Assembly: GCA_030698395.1 (NCBI GenBank)
Contig: JAUYKW010000005.1
Span: forward strand, 1-62,400
Direction of reading: 5' to 3'
DNA: 62,400 nucleotides
Origin: a bacterium
GTDB lineage: Bacteria > Patescibacteriota > Patescibacteriia > UBA9570
Shown here: positions 1-9,043 of the stretch, piece by piece
Position numbering within the stretch: position 1 is the first letter of the stretch
Layout: each line of letters starts with the position of its first letter
Notes under the pieces: generated by a model
Databases searched by the model: none
The model's input: the letters and a program-made list of their open reading frames with translations, nothing else
Told to the model about the DNA's origin: nothing
Program-made: the position numbers and the translations under genes

Positions 1-465
1 ATTAGAGAAGTATTTATTAACTTAATTGATAATGCAATTAAATATACACCAGAAGGAAGTGTAAGCGTTGGTATCGAGAAAAAAGGCAAGAATGAATTCC
101 ATTACTATGTTAAAGATACTGGAGTTGGAGTAGCTCCAAGCGAGGCTGGTAAATTGTTCAATAAATTTGTTAGAGGATCCGATATAGCATTAGTTCAGCC
201 AGACGGTTCTGGTTTAGGATTATTTATTGTGAAACGTGTTGTAGAAGGGCATAATGGAAAAGTATGGGCTGAAAGTGAGGGCCTTGGTAAAGGCACAACG
301 TTCCACGTAGTTATTTCTTTGAAACAAAAAGATAAACTCCACCAAATAGAAAAAGAAACTGTATTTAGAAGTACAACCAAGCTAAAAGAAGATAAGAAAA
401 AACATAATAAAACAAAACCTTCTACTAAAGCAAAGATAAGGAAATCTACAAAACCTAAGAAGTAG
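1..465 (+). CDS. Sensor histidine kinase, C-terminal HATPase_c fragment (5' end outside window)
   Basis: Frame 1 is open from base 1. Translation IREVFINLIDNAIKYTPEG...VKDTGVGV...GSGLGLFIVKRVVEGHNGKVWAES shows the N, G1 and G2 boxes of GHKL histidine kinases. Ends in a Lys-rich tail. Confidence 0.8.
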   Translation: MREVFINLIDNAIKYTPEGSVSVGIEKKGKNEFHYYVKDTGVGVAPSEAGKLFNKFVRGSDIALVQPDGSGLGLFIVKRVVEGHNGKVWAESEGLGKGTTFHVVISLKQKDKLHQIEKETVFRSTTKLKEDKKKHNKTKPSTKAKIRKSTKPKK

Positions 466-481
466 GCAGTAACTGTTATTG

Positions 482-490
482 TGCTATAAT
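482..490 (+). promoter_or_regulatory. Extended -10 promoter TGcTATAAT, 7 nt upstream of the pgk ATG (leaderless-type)
   Basis: Sequence gtgctataat at 481-490, ATG at 498; no recognisable -35 box or SD. Confidence 0.5.
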
Positions 491-497
491 ATTAGCC

Positions 498-1652
498 ATG
501 AAAACATTAAAAGATTTAACTGTCGATAACAAGACAGTCTTAGTCCGAGTTGATTTTAACGTGCCAATCGATGAGACCGGACAAGTAATGGATGCTTCAC
601 GTATTGAAGCAGTAAAACCAACAATAGATTATTTACGAGAACGCAATGCAAAGGTTGTATTGTTGGCACATTTTGGTAGACCAAAAGGTAAAGTTGTTGA
701 TGAGTTACGATTTAAGCCAATAATTCCAGTTGTGAGCGAAGTTTTGGGGTGCGACGTTGCCTATGTACAGGATTGCATCGGTAAAGAAGTTGAGGCTGCT
801 GTAGCTGAATTACCAGTCGGTGGAGTATTGTTGCTAGAGAATGTACGTTTTTATGTCGCAGAGAAAGATAATGATCCTGAATTTGCAAAACAATTAGCAA
901 GCTTGGGAGATCTATATGTAAATGATGCTTTTGGTGCAGCACATAGAGCGCATGCATCTACAGCCGGTGTTGCAGATTTACTTCCACATGCTGCGGGTTT
1001 ATTAATGCAGCGAGAAGTAGAGGAGCTAACCCATATCGTGGAGAATCCTGCAGAACCTGTGGTGGCAATTATTGGTGGATCAAAGATATCAACGAAGATG
1101 AATTTGATAAATTCTTTATTGCCAAAGGTAGAATATCTTTTGCTAGGTGGTGCATTGGCAAATACAGTTTTAATGGCTCAGAATCATAAGATTGGAAAAT
1201 CACTTGTAGAGGAAGAGCTTTCTGGAACAGTTAAGGATTTATTATCAAATAAACTTCGAGTACCAGTGGATGTGGTGGTAGCTAAAGAAATAAAAGAAGA
1301 TGCAGAAAAAAGAGTGGTAGCAGTGGGTAAAATAGAAGAAGATGATTACGCATTGGACATTGGGCCAGACACAGTTGGTATTTATTCAGATTGTATTAAA
1401 AAAGCAAAAACTATTATTTGGAATGGCCCAATGGGCGTGTTTGAAATGGAATCATTTGCTATGGGTACTTATCATATTGCTAAGGTAGTAGGAGAAACTG
1501 ATGCTTATTCTGTAATTGGTGGCGGAGAAACTGTTAGTGCAGTAAAAAAAGTAGGATTAGAAGATCAAATATCATTTATCTCTACTGGTGGAGGCGCTAT
1601 GCTGGAATTTTTAGAAGGTAACGAGATGCCGGGTATTAAAGCTTTAGATTAA
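498..1652 (+). CDS. pgk: Phosphoglycerate kinase
   Basis: 384 aa. N-terminal RVDFNVP signature, typical length, C-terminal STGGGA motif. Confidence 0.95.
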   Translation: MKTLKDLTVDNKTVLVRVDFNVPIDETGQVMDASRIEAVKPTIDYLRERNAKVVLLAHFGRPKGKVVDELRFKPIIPVVSEVLGCDVAYVQDCIGKEVEAAVAELPVGGVLLLENVRFYVAEKDNDPEFAKQLASLGDLYVNDAFGAAHRAHASTAGVADLLPHAAGLLMQREVEELTHIVENPAEPVVAIIGGSKISTKMNLINSLLPKVEYLLLGGALANTVLMAQNHKIGKSLVEEELSGTVKDLLSNKLRVPVDVVVAKEIKEDAEKRVVAVGKIEEDDYALDIGPDTVGIYSDCIKKAKTIIWNGPMGVFEMESFAMGTYHIAKVVGETDAYSVIGGGETVSAVKKVGLEDQISFISTGGGAMLEFLEGNEMPGIKALD

Positions 1653-1680
1653 TATTATAAATTAGTAACTCATAACTCAA

Positions 1681-2934
1681 ATGGCTAAGAACATAAAATC
1701 AATTCATGCTAGAGAGGTTCTAGATTCACGAGGTAATCCAACAATTGCAACTCGTGTAACTTTAAGCAATGGCTTATCTGCAGAAGCAATGGTTCCATCT
1801 GGTGCATCCACAGGAGTGCATGAAGCGCTTGAATTGAGAGATAATAACCCAAAACGATATAATGGCAAGGGAGTGCAAAAAGCTGTTAATAACGTCAATT
1901 CTAAAATTTCAAAATTAGTCCAAGGCAAGGATGTTTTAAAGCATCGGCAATTAGATGAATTGATGCTACAGCTAGATGGTACTACTAATAAATCCAAGCT
2001 TGGTGCAAATGCAATTTTATCTGTTTCATTGGCCGCAACACAAGTTGGAGCTATGGCTACTAATAAGCCTTTGTATAAACATATTCGTAATATTTATAAT
2101 TTGCGATACTCTGCATATACAATGCCTTTTCCTATGATGAACATTGTTAATGGTGGCCAGCATGCTGATAATCCAATGGAGTTTCAGGAATTTATGATTG
2201 TGCCCCAAGCAAAGAAGTTCGCTCAGCGTATTCAGCAAGGAGCAGAAGTATTTCATACATTGAAGAAATATTTTCATAACCAAGGATTTTCTACAGGAGT
2301 AGGGGATGAAGGAGGTTTTGCACCAGACTTAAAGAAAAATGAAGATGCATTAAAATCTATTAAAATTGCCGTTGGTAAAGCTGGTTATGTGTTTGGAAAA
2401 GATGTTAAAATTGCACTAGATCCAGCATCGTCAGAATTTTATAATGCAGAAACAGATAGATATACAGTTGATGGCAAGCAAATTACGGCAAATAAGTTAA
2501 ATCAACTTTATTTATCATGGGCAAAGAAATATTTCATCATGTCTATTGAAGATGGATTAGCAGAGGATGATTGGGATAATTGGCGAATACACACTGGTTT
2601 ATTGGGTAAGCAAATGCTAATTGTAGGGGATGATTTGTTTGTTACAAATGCTGAAAGGTTGCAAGCTGGAATTAATCAAGATGTGGGAAATGCAATATTG
2701 ATTAAATTGAATCAGATTGGCACATTGTCCGAAACTATTGATACTATTCGTTTAGCACAGAAAAATAAATATAAAGTGATCGTATCACATCGTTCTGGAG
2801 AAACTGAAGATACAATTATTGCTGATTTATGTGTTGCAGTAAATGCAGAACACATTAAAACTGGATCATTATCAAGAAGTGATCGTGTTTCAAAATATAA
2901 CCGATTATTAGCTATCGCAGAAGAGGTAGAGTAG
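1681..2934 (+). CDS. eno: Enolase
   Basis: 417 aa. Starts IHAREVLDSRGNPT; contains the enolase signature SHRSGETED. Confidence 0.95.
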   Translation: MAKNIKSIHAREVLDSRGNPTIATRVTLSNGLSAEAMVPSGASTGVHEALELRDNNPKRYNGKGVQKAVNNVNSKISKLVQGKDVLKHRQLDELMLQLDGTTNKSKLGANAILSVSLAATQVGAMATNKPLYKHIRNIYNLRYSAYTMPFPMMNIVNGGQHADNPMEFQEFMIVPQAKKFAQRIQQGAEVFHTLKKYFHNQGFSTGVGDEGGFAPDLKKNEDALKSIKIAVGKAGYVFGKDVKIALDPASSEFYNAETDRYTVDGKQITANKLNQLYLSWAKKYFIMSIEDGLAEDDWDNWRIHTGLLGKQMLIVGDDLFVTNAERLQAGINQDVGNAILIKLNQIGTLSETIDTIRLAQKNKYKVIVSHRSGETEDTIIADLCVAVNAEHIKTGSLSRSDRVSKYNRLLAIAEEVE

Positions 2935-2936
2935 AA

Positions 2937-5642
2937 TTAGGCTGCTATTTCTGTAGGAATTTCATCTTCATCAATTGGTTGAGTTTCATCAAGTGAAATT
3001 TGCGGACCTTGAGGTTTTTGTTCTTGGGCAATTCTATTTGCTATATCTACAACATTTTCAGTAGGCATTTTTTCTGTAGGAGCTTCGGCTGATGTTTGGG
3101 TTTCGGCCATGAGTTCTGTTGCTGCATCATCTTCAAATCCAGTTCCGGCAACTCCTAGTTCTTCTTCCATGGGAGCAGTTGGTTCATCTCCAAGATCATA
3201 TGGTTCTTCTGGGCTTGAAATAGTCTCCATTGTGGATTTCTGTGTGCCCATTTCATTAACTGGTAGCACTGTTGTTGGTGCTTCTTCGGCAACTACTACT
3301 GTAGGCAATTCAGGCATGATTTCAGTTGGTGCTTCTTCGGCAACTACTACTGTAGGCAATTCAGATGAATCTTGTTCAGCTGACACGAGAGCAATTCTAT
3401 TTTCAGGTTTTGCTAGAATTATTATATCTGCCCGAACCTTTAGTAAATCAATTTGTTCCTCCGATGATATTTCAGCTATTACCTTACTCATACGCTTGCC
3501 ATCTTCGGATAATATACCAACAATTAATTTACCTTCACCATCTACTCTTATCACGGCATTTTTATCAATTTCTTTTAACTGATCTTGTGCTCTCAATTCT
3601 GCTAGTATTCTGCTTGAAGCAGCTTTAACTTCAGCATTTTCATCTTCAGTAATTTCTGGTTTTTTTGGATCTGCGGTAGGATCAGCTTCAGTGTTCGTTT
3701 TTTTACCTGGTTCTGCTTCATCGTCAGTACTTGCTACAGTATCAGCAGTTGCATCATCAGGTGCTTGATCTGGTTTTGGATCTGCTTTTTTGTCGGATTT
3801 GTATTCTTTTAGAAGGGTTTGCATGAGATCATCTGGTAGGAAGCTATCTTTGCCAACTTTTCCTTCTTTAATTGCAGCTAAAATGGCAACAGAATATGAT
3901 TCTGGAATTTTCACATTAATTCTAGCTTTGTCTGGTTCAGTAAAACTAACTACAATGTCACCTACACCGTTAAATTCAATTGAAAAATGATTTTGCAAGG
4001 CTGCTTCTTTTGTGCCCTCGTCCTTCTTTAAGAACTCGCGTACAGCTTTATATATGGCAGCCTCATTTTTAGACATTAACTCAGCATTACTAACATGCTC
4101 TTTAGCTTGTTCTGCATCTAAAGAGAACTTAAGTGTTTCACCGCTAATGGCTAGAGAGTATTCACTGCCAGATACATTTCTTTCATTTGGCATATTTATA
4201 TATTCCCCAGTTCTTTTATCTCTAGCAGAAAAAGTTCCAGCAATAGCATCTGCTCTATCCATTAATTGTTTCTTTATTGTCTCATCATCAGTTGAAGCAA
4301 TCTGCTCGCTAATATCAGCGATCATTTTATCTACCTGTTGTTTAAAGTTGTCGTATTTTTGTTCTTTGATTAATCGATTCTTTGTTTCTTGCTGAGCTTC
4401 CTCAAGAAGTTGTTTACGTGGTTTGTATTCAGTACCCATGCTTTTTAACTGAGCTTCTAGTTCTTTACGTTTAACGGAAATTTCTTTTAGTTTATTTACA
4501 CTAGCTTCCACTTTTTCTAATTTATCCATTCTGCTGGCAATAGTTTGAAAAGATCCTTTGTCGCCATGCCAAGCCTTATTTGCAAAACCTTTTAATATTC
4601 GCCATGGAATTTTAATCGCACCTTTTGCAACAACTTCTACAATATTAGCACTACCTTTTATTGCAAGTTCTGGTACTGATGTTGCTGTGTCCCAAACTGC
4701 AACTCCAATGTCACTAGCAGTGTCTAATTTACCACTACCTGCTTGTTCTTTTTTCCATTTTGCTAGCTCTTGTTTCTTTTTGTTTTCGTCTGTAATTTCA
4801 TGAATTTCTTTTAATCTCTCATTGGCTGCTTTTCTTCTTTCATAGCTTGATGTGCTAGTTTGAGAGAAGTTAGATGCTGTTCTTATAAGATAGTCTCCGC
4901 CAAGGCTTCCCATAGCTAGATTACCAGCCCGGGTCTTTGCATCATAGATTTGATTGGTCGTTACTTCTGATGATATTCTTTCAGCGGCCTTGTTAATGTC
5001 TTCTGGATTATAATATCTTCTATCAATACTATTCGCTGATCCTCTAAGTTCACTAAAGCCTCTACCATTTTCTCTGATGGTTCCAAGTTCTTGAGCTTCG
5101 TTCAGAGTAAGCTGATTTAACTGTTTTTCTATCGCCTCTCTTTTTTCACGGAATTCTCTTTGTTCTCCAGTTTCTTTGGCAGGTGCCTCTGGGCTAGTAC
5201 TTGGATTTATTTCTGCCGCTGTTAATGGAGTTTCTTCTGGTGCAATTAATGTTGGGCCTTCACTACCAGATTCTGCAGGCCTAATGGCTGTAGCTACTTC
5301 TGAACTAACATTTACTTCTTGTGATGTTTCAGCTTTACCGTTTGAGGATTCAATACTTGATAATAATAATGCCAAATTTTCCGCGGCTGGTTCAGCTTGT
5401 CTTAAAACTTCATCACATTGTTGAGCTATCTCTGGAGGTAATTCAGACCCAACTCTTTGTACAGCTTCAGCATACATGCCAAATTTAGCACTATCTGTTA
5501 ATGCTTCTTGAGCTGCATGCCTAATTTGCTCAACTGCTTCATTAGCTCTCAGTTCTGGTTGTTCCGCTTGAGCTTCGGGCTTAGTTTCTGCGCTTGATTC
5601 TATAGTAGCCTCATGCGGCTGTTCTTCTGCAGTGTTAGGCAT
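2937..5642 (-). CDS. Large acidic orphan protein (901 aa); no TM, signal peptide or recognisable domain
   Basis: Long uninterrupted minus-strand ORF. E/A/T/S/K-rich with coiled-coil-like stretches and a tandem ELPTVVVAEEAPT repeat. I recognise no catalytic motif. Confidence 0.7.
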   Translation of the reverse strand: MPNTAEEQPHEATIESSAETKPEAQAEQPELRANEAVEQIRHAAQEALTDSAKFGMYAEAVQRVGSELPPEIAQQCDEVLRQAEPAAENLALLLSSIESSNGKAETSQEVNVSSEVATAIRPAESGSEGPTLIAPEETPLTAAEINPSTSPEAPAKETGEQREFREKREAIEKQLNQLTLNEAQELGTIRENGRGFSELRGSANSIDRRYYNPEDINKAAERISSEVTTNQIYDAKTRAGNLAMGSLGGDYLIRTASNFSQTSTSSYERRKAANERLKEIHEITDENKKKQELAKWKKEQAGSGKLDTASDIGVAVWDTATSVPELAIKGSANIVEVVAKGAIKIPWRILKGFANKAWHGDKGSFQTIASRMDKLEKVEASVNKLKEISVKRKELEAQLKSMGTEYKPRKQLLEEAQQETKNRLIKEQKYDNFKQQVDKMIADISEQIASTDDETIKKQLMDRADAIAGTFSARDKRTGEYINMPNERNVSGSEYSLAISGETLKFSLDAEQAKEHVSNAELMSKNEAAIYKAVREFLKKDEGTKEAALQNHFSIEFNGVGDIVVSFTEPDKARINVKIPESYSVAILAAIKEGKVGKDSFLPDDLMQTLLKEYKSDKKADPKPDQAPDDATADTVASTDDEAEPGKKTNTEADPTADPKKPEITEDENAEVKAASSRILAELRAQDQLKEIDKNAVIRVDGEGKLIVGILSEDGKRMSKVIAEISSEEQIDLLKVRADIIILAKPENRIALVSAEQDSSELPTVVVAEEAPTEIMPELPTVVVAEEAPTTVLPVNEMGTQKSTMETISSPEEPYDLGDEPTAPMEEELGVAGTGFEDDAATELMAETQTSAEAPTEKMPTENVVDIANRIAQEQKPQGPQISLDETQPIDEDEIPTEIAA
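3274..3364. repeat. Tandem direct repeat, 51-bp period, 40 identical bases per unit (in-frame 17-aa coding repeat)
   Basis: gttggtgcttcttcggcaactactactgtaggcaattcag occurs at 3274-3313 and again at 3325-3364. It encodes ELPTVVVAEEAPT twice on the minus strand. Confidence 0.9.
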
Positions 5643-5665
5643 AATAATCTATTATAAAAAGTTTT

Positions 5666-5872
5666 TTAGCTCGATTGAATTTCTTGTTGTATTTCAGCAA
5701 TTTTTTTTGCCTCTACGTTTTTGAGAGCTTTTTCTAGAATTTCTTTTTGTTCATCACTAATGGTATCAACTATTTTTAAAAATTCGGCATAAGCCTGTTT
5801 TGCCAATGTAATTTGGTCTGCTTCACTCAAAGCCTTAACTTTGTTTGGGTCTATAGGTTTATCCAATATCAT
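5666..5872 (-). CDS. Small helical protein (68 aa from the ATG; the track's 80-aa form starts at a TTG that is itself a -35 box)
   Basis: ORF MILDKPIDPNKVKALSEADQ... lies 23 nt upstream of, and co-directional with, the 901-aa gene. The ATG at 5872 sits 7 nt after a -10-like box. Confidence 0.5.
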   Translation of the reverse strand: MILDKPIDPNKVKALSEADQITLAKQAYAEFLKIVDTISDEQKEILEKALKNVEAKKIAEIQQEIQSS

Positions 5873-5879
5873 ATAGTGT

Positions 5880-5908
5880 AGCGTACCAAAAAATATCACT
5901 TTTGTCAA
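5880..5908 (-). promoter_or_regulatory. Minus-strand promoter TTGACA-17-TACGCT, 7 nt before the ATG at 5872
   Basis: Reverse complement of 5880-5908 reads ttgacaaaagtgatattttttggtacgct. Confidence 0.4.
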
Positions 5909-5927
5909 TGCTAATAATGAATATTTA

Positions 5928-5936
5928 TGTTATAAT
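5928..5936 (+). promoter_or_regulatory. Extended -10 promoter TGtTATAAT, 6 nt upstream of the gpmI ATG
   Basis: tgttataat at 5928-5936, ATG at 5943. Confidence 0.5.
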
Positions 5937-5942
5937 AGGTGC

Positions 5943-7454
5943 ATGTTAGGTGTACTTATTATTCTTGATGGTTGGGGAGTTGGTCCAGATAATTCTGGTA
6001 ATGCAATTTCTCAAGCTAAAACTCCAAATTTAGATGCTTTACGGCAGAAATATTCTTATACTACCTTGAGTGCTTCTGGAGAAGCTGTTGGTTTGCCAAA
6101 AGGTCAAGATGGTAACTCTGAAGCTGGCCATATGAATATTGGTGCGGGAAGAGTTGTTGAACAAGAAGCCTTAATCATTAATAAGAAAATTGAAAGTGGA
6201 GTTTTCTTTAAAAATCCTGCTTTTAACGAGGCTGTTAATCATGCTCAGTATCATAAATCAAAATTGCACTTAATGGGATTGTTGACGAATCACATGAGTG
6301 GTCATGCTTCACCGGATCATCTGATTGCATTGCTTAAATTTTGTAAAGAGAAAAAAATTAAACCTTATTTGCATTTGTTTACTGATGGTAGAGACGCACC
6401 ACCGCATGCGGCAGTAAATTTTTTAAAAAATTTACAAGATAATTTTTTAGATGGGGAAGTAATCGCAACAATTATGGGAAGATTTTATGCTATGGAACGG
6501 AATAAACGTTGGAGTATTACTGAACAAGCATATAATGCTTTGGTTCTTGGAGAGGGGGAGCGTGCTCAATCTGCCGAAGAAGCAATAGTGCGATCATATA
6601 ATCGTGATGAATCAGATGAATTTATTAAACCTCATGTGATTGATGATTCTGGAATGATAGATGAAAATGATTCTATAATATTTTTCAATTTCCGATCCGA
6701 TAGAACTCGTCAAATTTCGAAAGCGTTTGTACAAAAAGATTTCAATAAATGTAATCCTGGATCATTCCGGAGGAAGAAAAAGTTGCAACATATAAAATTT
6801 ATCTCGATGACAGATTTTGGACCAGATTTGGATCATATTATATCTGCTTTTCCTGCAATTGATATTAAGTATACACTACCATTTGCCTTAGAGGGGCATC
6901 GTCAATTATATATTGCTGAAAGTGAAAAGTATGCACATGTTACGTATTTTTTTAATGGTGGTTATGACGAGCCTGTTGATGGTGAAACTTGGTATAAAGT
7001 ACAATCACCAGAAAATTCGGACTACATTGTTAGTCCAGAGATGTGTGCTACAAAGATAACAAATTACGTAGTTGATGCCATAAAACAAGATGCATATGAT
7101 TTCTTTGTGATAAATTTTGCAAATGCAGATATGTTAGGGCATTCTGGAGATATTAATGCTACAATAAAGGCAGTTGAAGAAGTTGATAAACAAATAGGAA
7201 TATTGTGTAAGGAAATTGAACAGCGTGATGGTGTCATGTTTATTACAGCGGATCATGGTAATGCAGAAGAAATGCTTAATATCAAAACTAATGAAACTGA
7301 TACGGAGCATTCTATCTATCCTGTCCCATTCATTGTTACAAAAAAGAATTGCAAATTAAAAGCAGGAGGTAAGTTAGCTAACATTTCACCAACTATATTA
7401 AAAGTGCTTGAGATTGAACAACCTAAAGAGATGACAGCGGAACCATTATGTTAG
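5943..7454 (+). CDS. gpmI: 2,3-bisphosphoglycerate-independent phosphoglycerate mutase, copy 1
   Basis: 503 aa. Contains ILDGWG, the catalytic-Ser motif GNSEAGHMNIGAGR, DGRD, NFANADMLGHSG and TADHGNAEEM. Confidence 0.9.
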   Translation: MLGVLIILDGWGVGPDNSGNAISQAKTPNLDALRQKYSYTTLSASGEAVGLPKGQDGNSEAGHMNIGAGRVVEQEALIINKKIESGVFFKNPAFNEAVNHAQYHKSKLHLMGLLTNHMSGHASPDHLIALLKFCKEKKIKPYLHLFTDGRDAPPHAAVNFLKNLQDNFLDGEVIATIMGRFYAMERNKRWSITEQAYNALVLGEGERAQSAEEAIVRSYNRDESDEFIKPHVIDDSGMIDENDSIIFFNFRSDRTRQISKAFVQKDFNKCNPGSFRRKKKLQHIKFISMTDFGPDLDHIISAFPAIDIKYTLPFALEGHRQLYIAESEKYAHVTYFFNGGYDEPVDGETWYKVQSPENSDYIVSPEMCATKITNYVVDAIKQDAYDFFVINFANADMLGHSGDINATIKAVEEVDKQIGILCKEIEQRDGVMFITADHGNAEEMLNIKTNETDTEHSIYPVPFIVTKKNCKLKAGGKLANISPTILKVLEIEQPKEMTAEPLC

Positions 7455-9034
7455 GAGAAGGATATCCAGTGGTATTATTAATTTTTGATGGTTTTGGAAT
7501 TGCCGCTCCTTCGCGAGGAAATGCTATTACTTTGGCATACAAACCAAATTTTGATCAGTTTGTCCGAACTTATCCTGCGGTTACTTTACAAGCATCTGGA
7601 GAAGTAGTTGGTTTGCCTTGGGCAGAAATGGGAAATTCGGAAGTGGGACATTTAAATATTGGTGGTGGTAAGATTGTTTATCAAAGTTTGCCATATATAA
7701 ATAGAGCAATTTCTGATGGATCTTTTTATCAGAACGAGCAATTTAAGTCCGTCATGGATCATGTAAAGCAAAATAATTCTAAATTGCATTTGATGGGCTT
7801 GGTCAGTGATGGTGGAATTCATAGTTCGCAGAATCATTTATATGCTTTATTGGAAATGTGTCAAAAAGAAGGTATCAAAGAAGTTTATATACATGCATTT
7901 TTAGATGGTAGGGATACTCCTCATAATAGTGCGCTGACATATATCCAACAGCTGCAACAACGTTTAGCTGCTACTGGGGTAGGAAAAATTGCATCTTTGT
8001 GTGGACGTTACTGGGCAATGGATAGAGATAACAGATGGGATCGGATACAAACTGCGTATAATGCTATTGCACTAGGTAAATCTGAAAATACGGCGACTGA
8101 TCCTTCTCAAGCTATTGAACACTCTTATCAAAAGCAAATATTTGATGAAGAGTTTGAACCAACTGTAATAACTGAAGATGGAGAACCTGTATCTATCGTT
8201 GATAATGATGATGCGGTAATATTTTTCAATTTCCGATCTGACAGAGCTAGGCAACTCACAAAAACCTTTGTGTTACCAACATTTACGAAGTTTGATCGAC
8301 CGATTTATTATGACAATCTGCCATTTGTTACGATGATGGAATACGAAAAAAATCTTCCAGTAAGAGTTGCTTTTATTCCGGATAATATTACAAATTCTGT
8401 TTCTAAGGTTGTTTCTGAAGCAGGTATGGCACAGTTACATGTTGCTGAAACCGAAAAATATGCTCATGTAACCTTTTTTCTTAATGGTGGTAGAGAAGAA
8501 CCGTTTCCAAATGAGGATAGGGTGATGATTCCTTCACCGCGGGTATCTAGTTATGCTGGAATTCCAGAAATGAGTGCCATGGGTGTGCGTGACGCTGTTA
8601 TTAATGGTATTACTCAACAGAAGTATCATTATATAGTTGCAAATTTTGCAAATGCAGACATGGTTGGTCACACTGGAGTTATTGAGGCCGCAAAAGCTGC
8701 AATTGAAGTATTAGATAAATGTTTGGGTGATATTGCTAACGTAGCCTTAAAATATAATGCTACCATGTTAATGACAGCTGATCATGGAAATGCTGAAGAG
8801 ATGTATGATTTGCAAACTGGAGAAATTAATAAAGAACATAGTACAAATCCAGTACCGTTATTAATTGTCGGCAATAGATGGTCTCAAGTAAAGCCGTTAT
8901 GGCCACAAGTACCTTTGAATGATATGTCACAATTACAACCAATTGGTGTGTTGTCTGATGTGGCCCCTACTGTATTGCATCTTTTAGGTTTGCCGGTGCC
9001 ACAAGAAATGACGGCGCGAAGTTTAATTCAATGA
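7448..9034 (+). CDS. gpmI: 2,3-bisphosphoglycerate-independent phosphoglycerate mutase, copy 2 (tandem paralog)
   Basis: 528 aa. Contains IFDGFG, GNSEVGHLNIGGGK, DGRD, NFANADMVGHTG and TADHGNAEEM. Overlaps copy 1 by 7 nt (ATGTTAG). Confidence 0.9.
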   Translation: MLGEGYPVVLLIFDGFGIAAPSRGNAITLAYKPNFDQFVRTYPAVTLQASGEVVGLPWAEMGNSEVGHLNIGGGKIVYQSLPYINRAISDGSFYQNEQFKSVMDHVKQNNSKLHLMGLVSDGGIHSSQNHLYALLEMCQKEGIKEVYIHAFLDGRDTPHNSALTYIQQLQQRLAATGVGKIASLCGRYWAMDRDNRWDRIQTAYNAIALGKSENTATDPSQAIEHSYQKQIFDEEFEPTVITEDGEPVSIVDNDDAVIFFNFRSDRARQLTKTFVLPTFTKFDRPIYYDNLPFVTMMEYEKNLPVRVAFIPDNITNSVSKVVSEAGMAQLHVAETEKYAHVTFFLNGGREEPFPNEDRVMIPSPRVSSYAGIPEMSAMGVRDAVINGITQQKYHYIVANFANADMVGHTGVIEAAKAAIEVLDKCLGDIANVALKYNATMLMTADHGNAEEMYDLQTGEINKEHSTNPVPLLIVGNRWSQVKPLWPQVPLNDMSQLQPIGVLSDVAPTVLHLLGLPVPQEMTARSLIQ

Positions 9035-9043
9035 TTTAACATT

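Noticed and set aside
3274-3364. Possible CRISPR-like or other non-coding repeat array.
   Set aside because: There are only two units with a 51-bp period, in frame within a coding sequence (a 17-aa protein repeat). No cas genes and no spacer-like variable segments are present, and no other array-like repeats were seen in the window.
3109-5424. Six + strand ORFs of 66-157 aa (3109-3582, 3365-3628, 3790-3990, 4012-4395, 4558-4803, 5176-5424) inside the 901-aa minus-strand gene.
   Set aside because: They are antisense shadow frames of a compositionally biased gene. Their products are S/L/C-rich with no motifs, and the opposite-strand ORF is uninterrupted for 2.7 kb.
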